Assembly (NCBI GenBank): GCA_039799905.1
Contig: JBDLRP010000013.1
Coordinates: 32,001-96,000 of the forward strand
Origin: Pseudomonadota bacterium
GTDB lineage: Bacteria; Bdellovibrionota_B; Oligoflexia; Silvanigrellales; Silvanigrellaceae
Reading direction: 5' to 3'
Length of the DNA: 64,000 nucleotides
The notes under the pieces were generated by a model. That model had not been told where the DNA came from. It did no database searches and saw only the letters and a list, made by a program, of their open reading frames with translations. The position numbers were made by a program, and so were the translations under genes. The number at the start of each line of letters is the position of its first letter. Within the stretch, counting starts at the first letter, position 1. Of the stretch, positions 1 to 12,101 are shown piece by piece.

Positions 1-2
1 CA

Positions 3-191
3 ATTTCGCTGTTGCTCATCGACACCAACAGCGGCCGCTTGATCTGGGGCAGAGACGTGACCGCCCGCATTGATTCGGTCGCAGGGGCAAAACAATTTCC
101 GGAACTAAAACTTGCCTACGACAAGATCTTTACTGAAGATTTTTGGGCAGAATTTCCGGGACGCCGGGCAAAATCCGAGGCCGCGAAATAA
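3..191 (+). CDS. C-terminal end of a hypothetical protein (5' truncated by window)
   Basis: Open frame ISLLLIDTNSGRLIWGRD...FWAEFPGRRAKSEAAK ending TAA at 189-191, 30 bp before the mutase ATG. Confidence 0.6.
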   Translation: MSLLLIDTNSGRLIWGRDVTARIDSVAGAKQFPELKLAYDKIFTEDFWAEFPGRRAKSEAAK

Positions 192-221
192 GCAACCGGC
201 CACATCTGCGAGGAACAGACT

Positions 222-1844
222 ATGTCAGAGAAAAATAAAACAACTGCCAAGATGCGTGCAGACAAGTTTGTCACAGCATCAAATTCTGAAGTTGCACCGC
301 TGTACACCCAATCAGATTTGCAACCTCCCGCAGAGTATCAACCGGAGCTTGGTGCCCCGGGAGAATATCCGTTCACTCGCGGCGTACACCCGACCATGTA
401 CCGGAGTCAGTTCTGGACCATGCGTCAATATGCGGGATTTGCTACTGCAGAAGAGTCGAATGCGCGGTACCGATACCTGCTCGAGCAAGGGCAAACCGGA
501 CTCAGCGTCGCCTTCGACCTGCCGACGCAGATTGGCTACGACTCTGATTCCGAACAGGCAACCGGTGAGGTCGGCAAAGTGGGTGTCGCCATCGACACAC
601 TTGCCGACATGGAGATTCTGCTGAGAGGCATCCCGCTCGACAAGATTTCCACGTCGATGACCATCAACGCTTCAGCCAGCGTGCTACTCGCGATGTACAT
701 CGCCGTCGGCGAAAAGCAGGGCGTATCCGCAAATCAACTGCGCGGCACAATACAAAATGACATCCTGAAGGAATACATCGCCCGCGGCACCTATATTTTT
801 CCGCCGCGCCCGTCGATGCGGCTCATCACCGACATCTTTGCATTCTGTAAGGAAAACGTGCCGCAGTGGAACACCATTTCCATCAGTGGGTACCACATCC
901 GCGAAGCCGGCAGCACGGCTGCAGAAGAGGTCGGCTTCACGCTCGCCAACGGCATTGCCTATGTTCAGGCGGCCGTGAATGCAGGCCTTGACGTCGATGA
1001 TTTTGCGCCGCGTTTGAGCTTCTTTTTCAATGCTTTTACCGACCTGCTCGAAGAGGTTGGTAAATTCAGAGCCGCACGCCGACTGTGGGCCAAAATCATG
1101 CGCGAACGATTCAAGGCCAAAAATCCAAAGAGCTGGATGCTGCGCTTTCATACACAAACGGCAGGTTCGACACTCACAGCGCAACAACCCGACAACAACA
1201 TTGTCCGAGTTGCGATCCAGGGACTCGCCGCAGTGCTTGGCGGAACACAAAGTTTGCACACAAACTCACGCGACGAAGCGTTGGCTCTGCCAAGTGAAGA
1301 ATCCGCTCGCATCGCACTGCGCACGCAACAGATCATCGCTCATGAATCAGGAGTGGCGGAAACCGTCGATCCGCTCGCAGGCTCCTACTATGTAGAAGCG
1401 ACCACCGACCGCATCGAACGCGAGGCTGCTGCTCTCATCGATAAAATTGATGAGCTGGGCGGCGTGATTCCCGCCATCGAGCAGGGATTTATCCAGGCAT
1501 CGATTCAGCAGTCAGCATACGTTTATCAGAAAGACATCGAATCAGAAAAACGCATCATCGTCGGAGTCAACAAGTTCAACCTGAACGAGCCGCCACCGAA
1601 GGGTTTGCTGAGAATTTCCAAAGCAGTGGAAGAAAACCAAATTACCAAACTGCGCAAAATAAAGGCAGAGCGTGACAATGCCCGCGTAAATACCGCGCTC
1701 GCCGAACTTAAGAAGGCAGCCCAATCAGAGGCCAATCTGATGCCTTTCATCCTTGAGGCCGTGCGCGGCTATGCCAGCGTGGGCGAGATCTGCAACACAC
1801 TGCGCGAAGTCTTTGGCGAATACAAAGAACACATTATTCTTTGA
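222..1844 (+). CDS. Methylmalonyl-CoA mutase, large (substrate-binding) subunit of the split type
   Basis: [57 protein letters not shown] motifs; no C-terminal DxHxxG B12-binding domain. Confidence 0.95.
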   Translation: MSEKNKTTAKMRADKFVTASNSEVAPLYTQSDLQPPAEYQPELGAPGEYPFTRGVHPTMYRSQFWTMRQYAGFATAEESNARYRYLLEQGQTGLSVAFDLPTQIGYDSDSEQATGEVGKVGVAIDTLADMEILLRGIPLDKISTSMTINASASVLLAMYIAVGEKQGVSANQLRGTIQNDILKEYIARGTYIFPPRPSMRLITDIFAFCKENVPQWNTISISGYHIREAGSTAAEEVGFTLANGIAYVQAAVNAGLDVDDFAPRLSFFFNAFTDLLEEVGKFRAARRLWAKIMRERFKAKNPKSWMLRFHTQTAGSTLTAQQPDNNIVRVAIQGLAAVLGGTQSLHTNSRDEALALPSEESARIALRTQQIIAHESGVAETVDPLAGSYYVEATTDRIEREAAALIDKIDELGGVIPAIEQGFIQASIQQSAYVYQKDIESEKRIIVGVNKFNLNEPPPKGLLRISKAVEENQITKLRKIKAERDNARVNTALAELKKAAQSEANLMPFILEAVRGYASVGEICNTLREVFGEYKEHIIL

Positions 1845-1910
1845 TCTCAGGGTATAATGGCCTGCTGTTTTTGAAAGTCCGCTCACGCGGCATTCACCCC
1901 CAGCCGCTCA

Positions 1911-1939
1911 CTTGACAGTCCTTCGAGGCCGCTTAGGTT
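1911..1939 (+). promoter_or_regulatory. Putative groESL promoter (TTGACA-N16-TAGGTT)
   Basis: TTGACA 1912-1917 and TAGGTT 1934-1939; same architecture recurs upstream of dnaJ. Confidence 0.55.
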
Positions 1940-2056
1940 CCCATCCGCCAGACGCCAGGTCCACCGACCATGAGCCCGTCTCGAGTCTTTTGACGGGTCA
2001 TTGTGCAATCGCCTGAGTGTTTGATATGGATAGCCCACTTTTAACTAGGAGGTCTC

Positions 2057-2347
2057 ATGAAAGTCCGTCCCCTCGCTGATCGAATCCTTGTGAAGCGCGT
2101 TGAGGAAGAAACCAAAACTGCAGGCGGAATCCTGATTCCGGACAACGCCAAGGAAAAGCCGATGGAAGCTTCCGTCGTTGCAGTCGGAAATGGCAAAGTT
2201 CTCGCCGACGGCAAAGTGCGTCCGCTCGAAATCAAGGTCGGTGACCGCGTTCTGTTCAGCAAATACAGCGGAACAGAAATCAAACTCGACGGTACCGAGC
2301 ATCTGATCCTCCGCGAAGACGACATTCTCGGAATCATCAACAACTAA
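2057..2347 (+). CDS. groES: Co-chaperonin GroES
   Basis: [14 protein letters not shown]...[24 protein letters not shown]. Confidence 0.98.
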   Translation: MKVRPLADRILVKRVEEETKTAGGILIPDNAKEKPMEASVVAVGNGKVLADGKVRPLEIKVGDRVLFSKYSGTEIKLDGTEHLILREDDILGIINN

Positions 2348-2376
2348 GTTCATAATTTAATCGACTGATGTTCTAA

Positions 2377-4029
<1,653 letters not shown>

Positions 4030-4086
4030 TTCAGCCACAAAGCGTCAACGAGGTGAACTTTACCTCGACTGCGTTACTTTTTACTC

Positions 4087-4117
4087 GGGCCTCGCAATAG
4101 CGAGGCCCTTGTTTTTT
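4087..4117 (+). terminator. Intrinsic terminator after groEL
   Basis: GGGCCTCGC-AATA-GCGAGGCCC followed by TTGTTTTTT. Confidence 0.85.
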
Positions 4118-4212
4118 GTGTAGTGTTTTTGGTGATCGCAAAATCTGTTGAAAAGCCATGACTCGCGATTGCAAGTCTGGCAGCGCAACCGTCATTTCCG
4201 AGGAGTGTCTCA

Positions 4213-5376
4213 ATGAACGTCCATGAGTATCAGGCCAAAGAACTGTTGGCTAAATTCGGCCTGAACATCCCGAAGGGAAAACTCTGCCACACCCCAACCG
4301 AAGCTGAGTGGGCTGCACGCTCATTCGGGCCCGACAGCCTCTGCGTTGTCAAAGCACAAATCCATGCCGGCGGACGCGGCAAAGGCGGCGGCGTCAAGCT
4401 TGCCCGCACTCCAGACGAAGCACGCGAATGGGCAAGCAAGATTATCGGCATGCAACTGGTGACACCGCAAACCGGACACCAAGGAAAAAAAGTACACAAA
4501 GTGCTGGTGGCTCAGGGCTCCGACATTGCAAAAGAGTACTATCTGAGCCTTGTGGTCAACCGTGAAACCGACGCAATTGGTGTCATGGCGTCCACGGAAG
4601 GCGGCATGGATATTGAGGAAGTCGCTGAAAAACATCCGGAAAAAATTGTCACTGCAAACATCGATCCAACAGTCGGCCTGATGCCCTTCACCACCCGAAT
4701 GATGTGCGCGCGGTTGGGTTTCACCGGACCGCTCGCAAAAGAATTCGACAAAACGCTGCGCGGTCTTTTCAACGCCTTCATGGCCTACGACTGCTCAATG
4801 ATCGAAATCAACCCGCTGGCTGTCACCAAAGACGGACAGATGCAGATACTCGACTGCAAAATGGCATTCGATGAGAATGCACTCTACCGCCATCCGGAAA
4901 TTCAAGATCTGCGTGACTACGAAGAAGAAGATGCGCGTGAGTTAGAAGCTTCAAAATTCGGTCTGAGCTATGTTTCTCTGGAAGGCAACATCGGCTGTCT
5001 TGTCAACGGCGCCGGACTCGCCATGGCGACAATGGACATCATCAAGCAAAAGGGTGGACAACCCGCCAACTTCCTTGATGTCGGCGGCGGTGCAAACCAG
5101 GAAACCGTGACTCAGGCATTTAGAATTATTCTCAAAGATGCGGCCGTGCGCGGAATATTCGTCAACATTTTCGGCGGCATCATGAAGTGTGACGTCATTG
5201 CCAACGGTATCGTCGCGGCCGCGCGCGAACTTGGCCTCAAGGTTCCGCTCGTTGTCCGTCTCGAAGGCACCAACGTGGAAGTCGGCAAAAAGATTTTGGG
5301 AGACTCGGGTCTCAACATTATCGCGGCCAACTCGATGAGTGACGGTGCCGAGAAGATTGTCCACGCGGTGCGCTGA
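4213..5376 (+). CDS. sucC: Succinyl-CoA synthetase beta subunit
   Basis: [48 protein letters not shown]. Confidence 0.98.
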   Translation: MNVHEYQAKELLAKFGLNIPKGKLCHTPTEAEWAARSFGPDSLCVVKAQIHAGGRGKGGGVKLARTPDEAREWASKIIGMQLVTPQTGHQGKKVHKVLVAQGSDIAKEYYLSLVVNRETDAIGVMASTEGGMDIEEVAEKHPEKIVTANIDPTVGLMPFTTRMMCARLGFTGPLAKEFDKTLRGLFNAFMAYDCSMIEINPLAVTKDGQMQILDCKMAFDENALYRHPEIQDLRDYEEEDARELEASKFGLSYVSLEGNIGCLVNGAGLAMATMDIIKQKGGQPANFLDVGGGANQETVTQAFRIILKDAAVRGIFVNIFGGIMKCDVIANGIVAAARELGLKVPLVVRLEGTNVEVGKKILGDSGLNIIAANSMSDGAEKIVHAVR

Positions 5377-5441
5377 ACGCGCACAACCTGCGACAGTTGC
5401 ATTTATTCGCTTTAAAACATTGAATCACGAGGATTTCTTCA

Positions 5442-6317
5442 ATGGCTATTCTGGTTGGCAAAGACACACGCCTCATTTGTCAGGGCATCACCGGCAGCGC
5501 CGGCCATTTTCATTCTGAAAAATGTGCAGAGTATGGCACCAACTTGGTCGGCGGTGTGACACCCGGCAAAGGTGGAACGCGCACGCTCGACAGACCGATT
5601 TTCAACACCGTCTATGAAGCCCGCAAAGAAGTGGGCGCCAACGCCACTATGATCTTTGTTCCTCCGCCATTTGCGGGTGATGCAATTCTCGAAGCCATCG
5701 ATGCGGGAATCGAACTCATTGTGGCGATCACCGAGGGAATCCCAGTGCTCGACATGTTGCGCGTCAAGAAAGCGCTCGGCCATGCCAATGGTAAAAGCCG
5801 TCTGATTGGCCCAAACTGCCCTGGCGTCATCACTCCCGGAGCTTGCAAAATCGGCATCATGCCGGGCCACATCCACAAACCAGGACGCATTGGCGTTGTT
5901 TCCAAATCGGGAACACTCACCTATGAAGCAGTCGGACAACTCTCGGCTCTGGGCATCGGGCAAAGCTCTTGTGTGGGTATCGGTGGCGACCCGCTGCATG
6001 GCACAAGCTTTATCGACGTTCTCGACCTCTTCAACAAAGACGCCGACACTGATGCTGTCATCATGATCGGTGAAATCGGTGGTGCCTCGGAAATTCAGGC
6101 TGCTGAATGGATCAAGGCGAACATGAAAAAACCAGTGGTGGGTTTTGTTGCCGGTCAGACTGCACCCAAAGGCAAGCGCATGGGGCACGCCGGCGCGATC
6201 ATTTCGGGTGGCAAAGGTACGGCGGCCGAAAAATACGAAGCCATGCGCGCATGCGGAATCCACACGGTTCTCAGTGCCGGAGAAATTGGTGAAACTCTCA
6301 AAAAAGCTCTGAGATAA
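5442..6317 (+). CDS. sucD: Succinyl-CoA synthetase alpha subunit
   Basis: [28 protein letters not shown] phospho-His motif. Confidence 0.98.
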   Translation: MAILVGKDTRLICQGITGSAGHFHSEKCAEYGTNLVGGVTPGKGGTRTLDRPIFNTVYEARKEVGANATMIFVPPPFAGDAILEAIDAGIELIVAITEGIPVLDMLRVKKALGHANGKSRLIGPNCPGVITPGACKIGIMPGHIHKPGRIGVVSKSGTLTYEAVGQLSALGIGQSSCVGIGGDPLHGTSFIDVLDLFNKDADTDAVIMIGEIGGASEIQAAEWIKANMKKPVVGFVAGQTAPKGKRMGHAGAIISGGKGTAAEKYEAMRACGIHTVLSAGEIGETLKKALR

Positions 6318-6347
6318 ACGTAAACTTAGCAGCAATTGAAAACCCAT

Positions 6348-6392
6348 GCGTGCCAGCCGAGTGACACACAACGGCTGGCACGCTTTTTATTT
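6348..6392 (+). terminator. Intrinsic terminator after sucD
   Basis: GCGTGCCAGCCG...CGGCTGGCACGC followed by TTTTTATTT. Confidence 0.85.
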
Positions 6393-6511
6393 CCCAGCCT
6401 GAGAAACTATACTGACCCCTTGTCAACAGAAGCTGTTGATTGCTCAACCTGTCGCTGAGTCAGCATTCGCTATTGCTGTTGCCTGCTGTTCATCTCATGG
6501 AGGTTTCCGTC

Positions 6512-7093
6512 ATGAAAAATCTGATTGTTCTCTGCCATCCCAATCCGATGAGCTTTACTTACGCAATCTGCAAGGAAATCGAGACTGCGCTCAAGGCAAA
6601 AGGCGAATCGTTCATCACGAGAAATCTCTACGAAATGAACTTCAATCCGATTCTTTCGGGTGCGGACTTTGCACAGTTGAACGCCGGAAAAATTCCTTTC
6701 GACATCGCAGAGGAACAGAAGCACATCGCGTCTGCGCAAAATATTATTTTTGTCTATCCCATCTGGTGGACGGGTTTGCCGGCCATGCTGAAGGGCTATG
6801 TGGATCGTGTTTTCCTCAAGGGTTTTGCTTGGGATTTCGACAACAACGGTCTGAAGAAACTGTTGACCGGAAAGCGCGCTCTGTTGGTTTCGTGCCATGG
6901 AAACCCCAGAGAATATTATGAGTCGGTCGGCATGTACAACGCAATGAACATGACTTCCAACAACGGCATCTTTGAATTTTGCGGCGTAGAAGTTGCCGCG
7001 CATCAGTATTTTGATTCGGTTCCGTCCAGCACGGAAGAAACGCGCAAACAGATGTTGGCGCAGGTTCGCGAGCTGGTTGCGAATCTGAAATAA
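6512..7093 (+). CDS. NAD(P)H-dependent quinone oxidoreductase (flavodoxin-2/MdaB family)
   Basis: LCHPNPMSFT, YPIWWTGLPAMLKGYVDRVF; start moved to MKNL at 6512 behind GGAGG. Confidence 0.9.
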   Translation: MKNLIVLCHPNPMSFTYAICKEIETALKAKGESFITRNLYEMNFNPILSGADFAQLNAGKIPFDIAEEQKHIASAQNIIFVYPIWWTGLPAMLKGYVDRVFLKGFAWDFDNNGLKKLLTGKRALLVSCHGNPREYYESVGMYNAMNMTSNNGIFEFCGVEVAAHQYFDSVPSSTEETRKQMLAQVRELVANLK

Positions 7094-7097
7094 ATCT

Positions 7098-8330
7098 TTG
7101 GCAGCAAAGGAGTTGGAATTGAATCCAAAAAACGTCACACCTCGCACGAGGCGCTGGTTTTTGTCTTCATCCGCTCTCGCGCTGACGGCAGCTTTTTCTT
7201 ATGTAAAGAGGGCTATGAGCTCAGAACCAATCAAAGCCAACCTTTCTTCCGCTGACAAAAACAGTGCTGCGGCGCGTGCGGCACGCGCGGCGAGGCAGGC
7301 ACGCAAAGCGGCATCACCGCAGTGGCGCGACGGCAAATTTCGCAATGAGCTTCCCGAAGTCACGCGGATGAAGGACGCCATCGGTAAATTGCTGACTTCA
7401 CGCAATCGCACTCCAGAGCAGCCGATTCCGACAGTCACTCGCAAGCGCGCAGATTTCGATCTGCATCCTGTTTCCGGACTGCGCATCACATGGGTGGGAC
7501 ACTCTTCGCTGCTGGTCGAAATCGAGGGGAAAAGATTTCTCACCGATCCGGTCTGGGGCGAACGGGCATCGCCCGTGTCATTCGCAGGACCAAAGAGATT
7601 CTTTCCCGCGCCGCTTCCGCTCAGTGAAATGCCGAAACTTGATGCCGTCGTTCTTTCCCACGATCACTACGACCACTACTGCCGGGAAACGATTGAATTC
7701 CTCGCCAAGACCGATGTTCCTTTCATTGTTCCGCTGGGTGTCGCAGACAGGCTCGAAGAACATGGAATCCATCACGAACGCGTCCGCGAATTCGACTGGT
7801 GGGAGGAGCTGTCGTTTGGAAATGTGAAACTTGCATGCGTACCGGCCCGGCATTTCTCAGGACGCACGCTGCTCGACCGCAACTCCACTCTGTGGTGCGG
7901 CTGGGCATTTGTTGGTCAGAGCAAGCGTTTCTACTTCAGCGGTGACACGGCCTATTTCAACGGTTTCAAAGATATCGGCAACAAATATGGTCCGTTTGAT
8001 GTCGCGGCAATTGAGTCGGCTGCCTACAATTCTGCATGGCCCGACGTTCACATCGGGCCTGAACAAGCCATCCAAGCATGTCTCGATGCGCGCGGCAGTG
8101 TTTATCTTCCCATTCATTGGGCGACGTTCAACCTGTCGACCCACAGCTGGACAGAACCGGGAGAACGGCTTCTCGTCAAAGCAAAATCCGTCGGACTTCC
8201 CCTGGTTCTGCCCAAACCGGGTGAAAGTGTCGATCCCGCGCAGCTTTCAAACACTCTCTACAAAAAGTGGTGGCCCGATGTTGCTTGGGAAACCGCCGAA
8301 CAGAGCCCCGTAGTCTCGACGGGAATTTAG
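7098..8330 (+). CDS. MBL-fold metallo-hydrolase (NAPE-PLD/RomA-like) with probable Tat signal
   Basis: TWVGHSS, LSHDHYDH, PARHFSGR, SGDT, PIHWATF motifs; N-terminal TRRWFL twin-arginine motif. Confidence 0.85.
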   Translation: MAAKELELNPKNVTPRTRRWFLSSSALALTAAFSYVKRAMSSEPIKANLSSADKNSAAARAARAARQARKAASPQWRDGKFRNELPEVTRMKDAIGKLLTSRNRTPEQPIPTVTRKRADFDLHPVSGLRITWVGHSSLLVEIEGKRFLTDPVWGERASPVSFAGPKRFFPAPLPLSEMPKLDAVVLSHDHYDHYCRETIEFLAKTDVPFIVPLGVADRLEEHGIHHERVREFDWWEELSFGNVKLACVPARHFSGRTLLDRNSTLWCGWAFVGQSKRFYFSGDTAYFNGFKDIGNKYGPFDVAAIESAAYNSAWPDVHIGPEQAIQACLDARGSVYLPIHWATFNLSTHSWTEPGERLLVKAKSVGLPLVLPKPGESVDPAQLSNTLYKKWWPDVAWETAEQSPVVSTGI

Positions 8331-8517
8331 TCACTGTCGAAGGATTTTTCACTGCCGAAAAATTTGACGAAAAAATAGTTTTTATTGGCACAGTAAACCA
8401 TATTTGCCGTGGTTTATTTTTATCAATTTTTAATCTTGCAATGGCTTGCAAATTTCCTCATCAGTGACCTCCAGCGGACTAAGAATGTCCTGCACCATTA
8501 TTTAGAGGAGGGTTACC

Positions 8518-8958
8518 ATGAAGGTTGTATTGTCGGTTCTCGCACTTTCCGTATCGGGTTCGTTCGCATCCATGGCCGCCGCACCAGTTATGGCATTCAC
8601 AGCCAGCGCGCAAAAATCGCCTCAAGCCAAAGTAGCTCTCAAAGCACGTGTCGTGCTCACACAGGCCGATTTGCAGGGTGATTTCGGAAGACAGTCGTCG
8701 GCCGGCAGCAGCTCGCGCAGCGCGCTCATTGGCGAAAGTGGAAGAGCCGGAAAGAGTGTCTTGATTGGCGAGGCTGGCCGCACAGCATTGATTGGCACTA
8801 ACGGACGCGGTGCTCTCATTGGCGAAAACGGAAAACTCCTCATCGGCGAGAACGGGCGCGGAGCGCTCATTGGAGAAAACGGTCGCAGTGCACTCATCGG
8901 TGAAGGTGGACGCGGAGCGCTCATTGGCGAAGGCGGTCGCACACTTCGCAACCCATAA
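8518..8958 (+). CDS. Secreted tandem-repeat protein (8x LIG(E/T)xG(R/K))
   Basis: GAGGAGG RBS, signal-peptide-like N-terminus, C-terminal half of 8-12 aa repeats (mostly 9). Confidence 0.85.
   Translation: MKVVLSVLALSVSGSFASMAAAPVMAFTASAQKSPQAKVALKARVVLTQADLQGDFGRQSSAGSSSRSALIGESGRAGKSVLIGEAGRTALIGTNGRGALIGENGKLLIGENGRGALIGENGRSALIGEGGRGALIGEGGRTLRNP
8722..8943 (+). repeat. Coding tandem repeat, about 27 bp unit (GCGCTCATTGGCGAAAACGGNCGCGGN)
   Basis: Eight imperfect copies, diverged mostly at synonymous positions. Confidence 0.85.
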
Positions 8959-9037
8959 TTTACATCGCCCGAATCTCTTCAAAACAAAATTCGCCGTCCT
9001 GCTCAACCGCAGCGGGGCGGTACTCTCGCGTCAGCGA

Positions 9038-10870
9038 TCACTTGCCTGTCCACGCGGCATCTGCAAGCGCGTGCCTCGAGGACTCGTCATCCGCCTCAAA
9101 CAGCTTCACCAGATCCTCACGGGCAGCGCGCGCCGTTGAAACAAACTCGCCGCGCTGCGAGCGAAAGTCGTATAATTTCTTCAGGACATTATTGTCATAA
9201 TGATGGAAGATCTTACCGGTGTTCTTGGCCTCGAACGGATGAATGCCGAGTTCGACCATCACTTTTTCACCAACAGCAACGGCTGCGTTGAACGTTTCGC
9301 GCTCGATAATACTCACACCGACTGCCATGAGATCGTGCGCGTGAACAAGGTCGTAGGCTCGCGCGACAACTTTGACGTGAGGAAAGTCTTTGCGGACCTG
9401 TTCGGCGATTCTCACACAGCTCTCGCGATCATCAATAGCCAGAACGAGAACCTTTGCCTGTGCGAGTCCCGCAGACTCCAGCAGTGATATTTGTGTGGCG
9501 TCCCCGTAATACACCGAATAGCCAAACGGTCTGACCAGATCGAGGAGTTCAGGGCTGTAGTCAATTACCGTGGGACGTATTTTCTGCACATGCAACATAC
9601 GCGCGACGATCTGCCCGAAGCGACCCATTCCGGCAATCATGACCTCGCCGTGTTCAGGCGGATTCGCCTTCTCCTCATCCACAACTCGGGTTGTCTTCTG
9701 AGAGAAGAGAAACTTCTCGGCAATTTTGAGCAGAAAGGGTGTTGTGAACATCGACAGCGCAACAGCGAGTGTCAATTGAGCCGCTTCCAGTTCGCTCAGA
9801 GCACCAAGCCCGCGTGCCGTACTGAACAGAACGAACGCAAATTCACCGCCCTGTGACAGCAGCACGGCAAACATCCAGCCGTCGCGCGGGTCCTGCTTGA
9901 AAAGACGGCCGGAGAGCTTGAGCACGAAGATTTTGCCGACCAACAAGACTGCAACAATGCTGAGAACCGACCACGTGTGCGAAACGAGCAGCGGGAACTG
10001 CATGGAGCTTCCGACAGCTGTAAAAAATATACCGAGCAAAAGACCTTTGAAGGGTTCAATGTTGCTTTCAAGTTCATGCCTGTACTCGCTTTCAGCAAGA
10101 ACAACTCCGGCCAAAAAAGTTCCCAGCGCCATGGAAAGCCCAATACTGTCCATCAACATCGCGATGCCGACAACAATCAGCAACGACGCCGCAGTGATGA
10201 TTTCTTTTTGCCTTGTTTTTGCAATCCAATGCAGAGCAGGACAGATAATTTTCTTGCTCCCCCAAATGACCAAACCAATCACGCCGAGAGCAATGACCAC
10301 CCGCAGCCATGCCGGCTGATCGTGCTGACCGGCTCCTGTGACCTGTGTCGTCTGACTGCCAAGCAAAGGAAGCAGGGCAAGAATCGGAATGACGGCTAGA
10401 TCCTGAAACAGCAAAACCGAAAATGAATCTTTTCCAACGGGAGAATTTGAAAGCCCGCGCTCTGCCAGAATCTGCAGAACGATTGCGGTTGAGCTCATTG
10501 CAAAACCGAGTCCCGCCACAGTTGCCGACGCTGGCGTCCAGCCCAACGGCAACAAACAAATCGCCACGATCAAAACCGTCAGCGCAACCTGAGCAAATCC
10601 AAGTCCGAAAATCTTGCTGCGCAACTCCCACAGCCGGCGCGGATTGAGCTCAAGACCGATCAAAAACAAAAGCAGCACGACGCCGAACTCCGCAACGTGC
10701 ATGACTCCTTCCGAGTTCGCCAAAAGCTTGAGACAAAAAGGGCCGATCAACGCGCCTGCGGCAAGGTAGCCGAGCACGCTTCCCAAACCGAGCCGCTTGG
10801 CCACCGGCACACTCAGAACTCCGCCAGCGAGCAAGATGGCAACTGTGCTCAAAAGACTCTGTCCGCTCAT
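9038..10870 (-). CDS. kefC: Glutathione-regulated K+ efflux antiporter (KefB/KefC, CPA2) with KTN domain
   Basis: LGLGSVLGYL, LLFQDLAVIP, ESEYRHELE, GMGRFG, YYGDAT; B versus C paralog not resolvable. Confidence 0.9.
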   Translation of the reverse strand: MSGQSLLSTVAILLAGGVLSVPVAKRLGLGSVLGYLAAGALIGPFCLKLLANSEGVMHVAEFGVVLLLFLIGLELNPRRLWELRSKIFGLGFAQVALTVLIVAICLLPLGWTPASATVAGLGFAMSSTAIVLQILAERGLSNSPVGKDSFSVLLFQDLAVIPILALLPLLGSQTTQVTGAGQHDQPAWLRVVIALGVIGLVIWGSKKIICPALHWIAKTRQKEIITAASLLIVVGIAMLMDSIGLSMALGTFLAGVVLAESEYRHELESNIEPFKGLLLGIFFTAVGSSMQFPLLVSHTWSVLSIVAVLLVGKIFVLKLSGRLFKQDPRDGWMFAVLLSQGGEFAFVLFSTARGLGALSELEAAQLTLAVALSMFTTPFLLKIAEKFLFSQKTTRVVDEEKANPPEHGEVMIAGMGRFGQIVARMLHVQKIRPTVIDYSPELLDLVRPFGYSVYYGDATQISLLESAGLAQAKVLVLAIDDRESCVRIAEQVRKDFPHVKVVARAYDLVHAHDLMAVGVSIIERETFNAAVAVGEKVMVELGIHPFEAKNTGKIFHHYDNNVLKKLYDFRSQRGEFVSTARAAREDLVKLFEADDESSRHALADAAWTGK

Positions 10871-11421
10871 GGAAGTTCTCCCGTCCGGAGATATTCACGC
10901 AGAAGGTTTGTATAGGCTGCGCCTGCCGCATTCAGTTGTTGTTCGTTAAGTGAAGGTGCCTCATACACAACGTGCGGAGCGGCGTAACGCATTCCGCACA
11001 GGTGTGCCGTTTGATCAAACGGAGAGAAAAAAGTTTTTATCGTGTGTCTGTTGGAACCCGAAGGCGTGTAAGCCTCGGCCGATCCTCCGGCGCTGACCGC
11101 ACTCAGTAGTATTTTTCCGTGCAGTTGATTGCCCTCGCTGCCAAACGCCCATCCGTATTCGAGGACGGTGTCAATCCAGAGCTTGAGAAGCGGCGGGCAT
11201 GAATACCAGTGAACCGGATGCTGAAAGACGATCAGATCGTGTGCCTTGAGCAAACTCTGCTCCTGTTTCACATCAATCAGATAATCCGGATAAATGGCAT
11301 ACATATCGCGCAGCAAAACCTGCTCCATAGAGGCTGCCGCCGAAGCAAGCGCTTTACCGGCACGCGAGATTTTATCGGTAGGGTGAAAGTAAAGAACGAG
11401 CACTTTTCGCTGCTGCGACAT
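10867..11421 (-). CDS. kefF: Kef ancillary flavodoxin-like protein (KefF/KefG)
   Basis: YFHP, YPDYLIDV, FQHPVHWYSCPPLLKLWID; ATGA overlap with kefC; start set at MSQQRK behind GGAG. Confidence 0.88.
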   Translation of the reverse strand: MSQQRKVLVLYFHPTDKISRAGKALASAAASMEQVLLRDMYAIYPDYLIDVKQEQSLLKAHDLIVFQHPVHWYSCPPLLKLWIDTVLEYGWAFGSEGNQLHGKILLSAVSAGGSAEAYTPSGSNRHTIKTFFSPFDQTAHLCGMRYAAPHVVYEAPSLNEQQLNAAGAAYTNLLREYLRTGELP

Positions 11422-11535
11422 TTCGGATCTCCGCTGCTGGAATGACAAAACTCTAGCAGTTGCAGATTCTGAATCGGCGCCAAAAACATGAAGACAGTCA
11501 AAATCTCGTTACGCAGCAGGACATCTGCCGGCAAC

Positions 11536-11569
11536 AAAAAAATCCCCGCGTGCATGTGCAGCGGGGATT
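11536..11569 (-). terminator. Intrinsic terminator after ssb
   Basis: AATCCCCGC...GCGGGGATT stem with T7 tract on minus strand. Confidence 0.8.
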
Positions 11570-11597
11570 GTGCGACTCAAAAAGCAGCGGACTTCAA

Positions 11598-12101
11598 TCA
11601 AAACGGAACGTCATCATCCAAGTCAACATTGCGGCTGGCAGGCGCTGCTGCTGCGGCGGCACGGTTGGAACCACCATTGTCGTACGACGGGCCGCCACCA
11701 AAGAACGGATTGTCGCTGCCCGAATCTGCCGCATAATCACCACCCGCAGATGTGTCCGACTGACGCGATGAGCCCGAGTCAAGGAACTGAACGTTGCTTG
11801 CAACGATCTCGGTGGAATAGCGTTTCTGACCCGACTGCTGGTCATCCCAGCTGCGTGTCTGGAGTTTGCCCTCGATAAAGCAAGAGCGACCTTTTTTGAG
11901 GTATTTTCCTGCCAGCTCGGCCTGACGACCCCAAACGACAACGCGGTGCCACTCGGTCCGCTCTTCTTTATTGCCGTCCTTCATCCACGTTTCACTGGTC
12001 GCAAGGCGCAAACTGCAAACGGCTTGTCCGTTGGGGGTCATGCGAACCTCGGGATCCTGCCCCAGACGACCAATCAAAATAACTTTATTGACACCCTGCA
12101 T
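11598..12101 (-). CDS. ssb: Single-stranded DNA-binding protein
   Basis: [23 protein letters not shown]-terminal DDDVPF; start at MQGV behind GGAGAG. Confidence 0.97.
   Translation of the reverse strand: MQGVNKVILIGRLGQDPEVRMTPNGQAVCSLRLATSETWMKDGNKEERTEWHRVVVWGRQAELAGKYLKKGRSCFIEGKLQTRSWDDQQSGQKRYSTEIVASNVQFLDSGSSRQSDTSAGGDYAADSGSDNPFFGGGPSYDNGGSNRAAAAAAPASRNVDLDDDVPF

Noticed and set aside
1845..2056. CIRCE or canonical sigma32 promoter before groES
   Set aside because: No TTAGCACTC-N9-GAGTGCTAA; the CCCAT at 1940 is too far from CTTGA for sigma32 spacing
8722..8943. CRISPR-like periodicity
   Set aside because: Repeats are contiguous, in-frame and degenerate at third codon positions, with no unique spacers or cas genes
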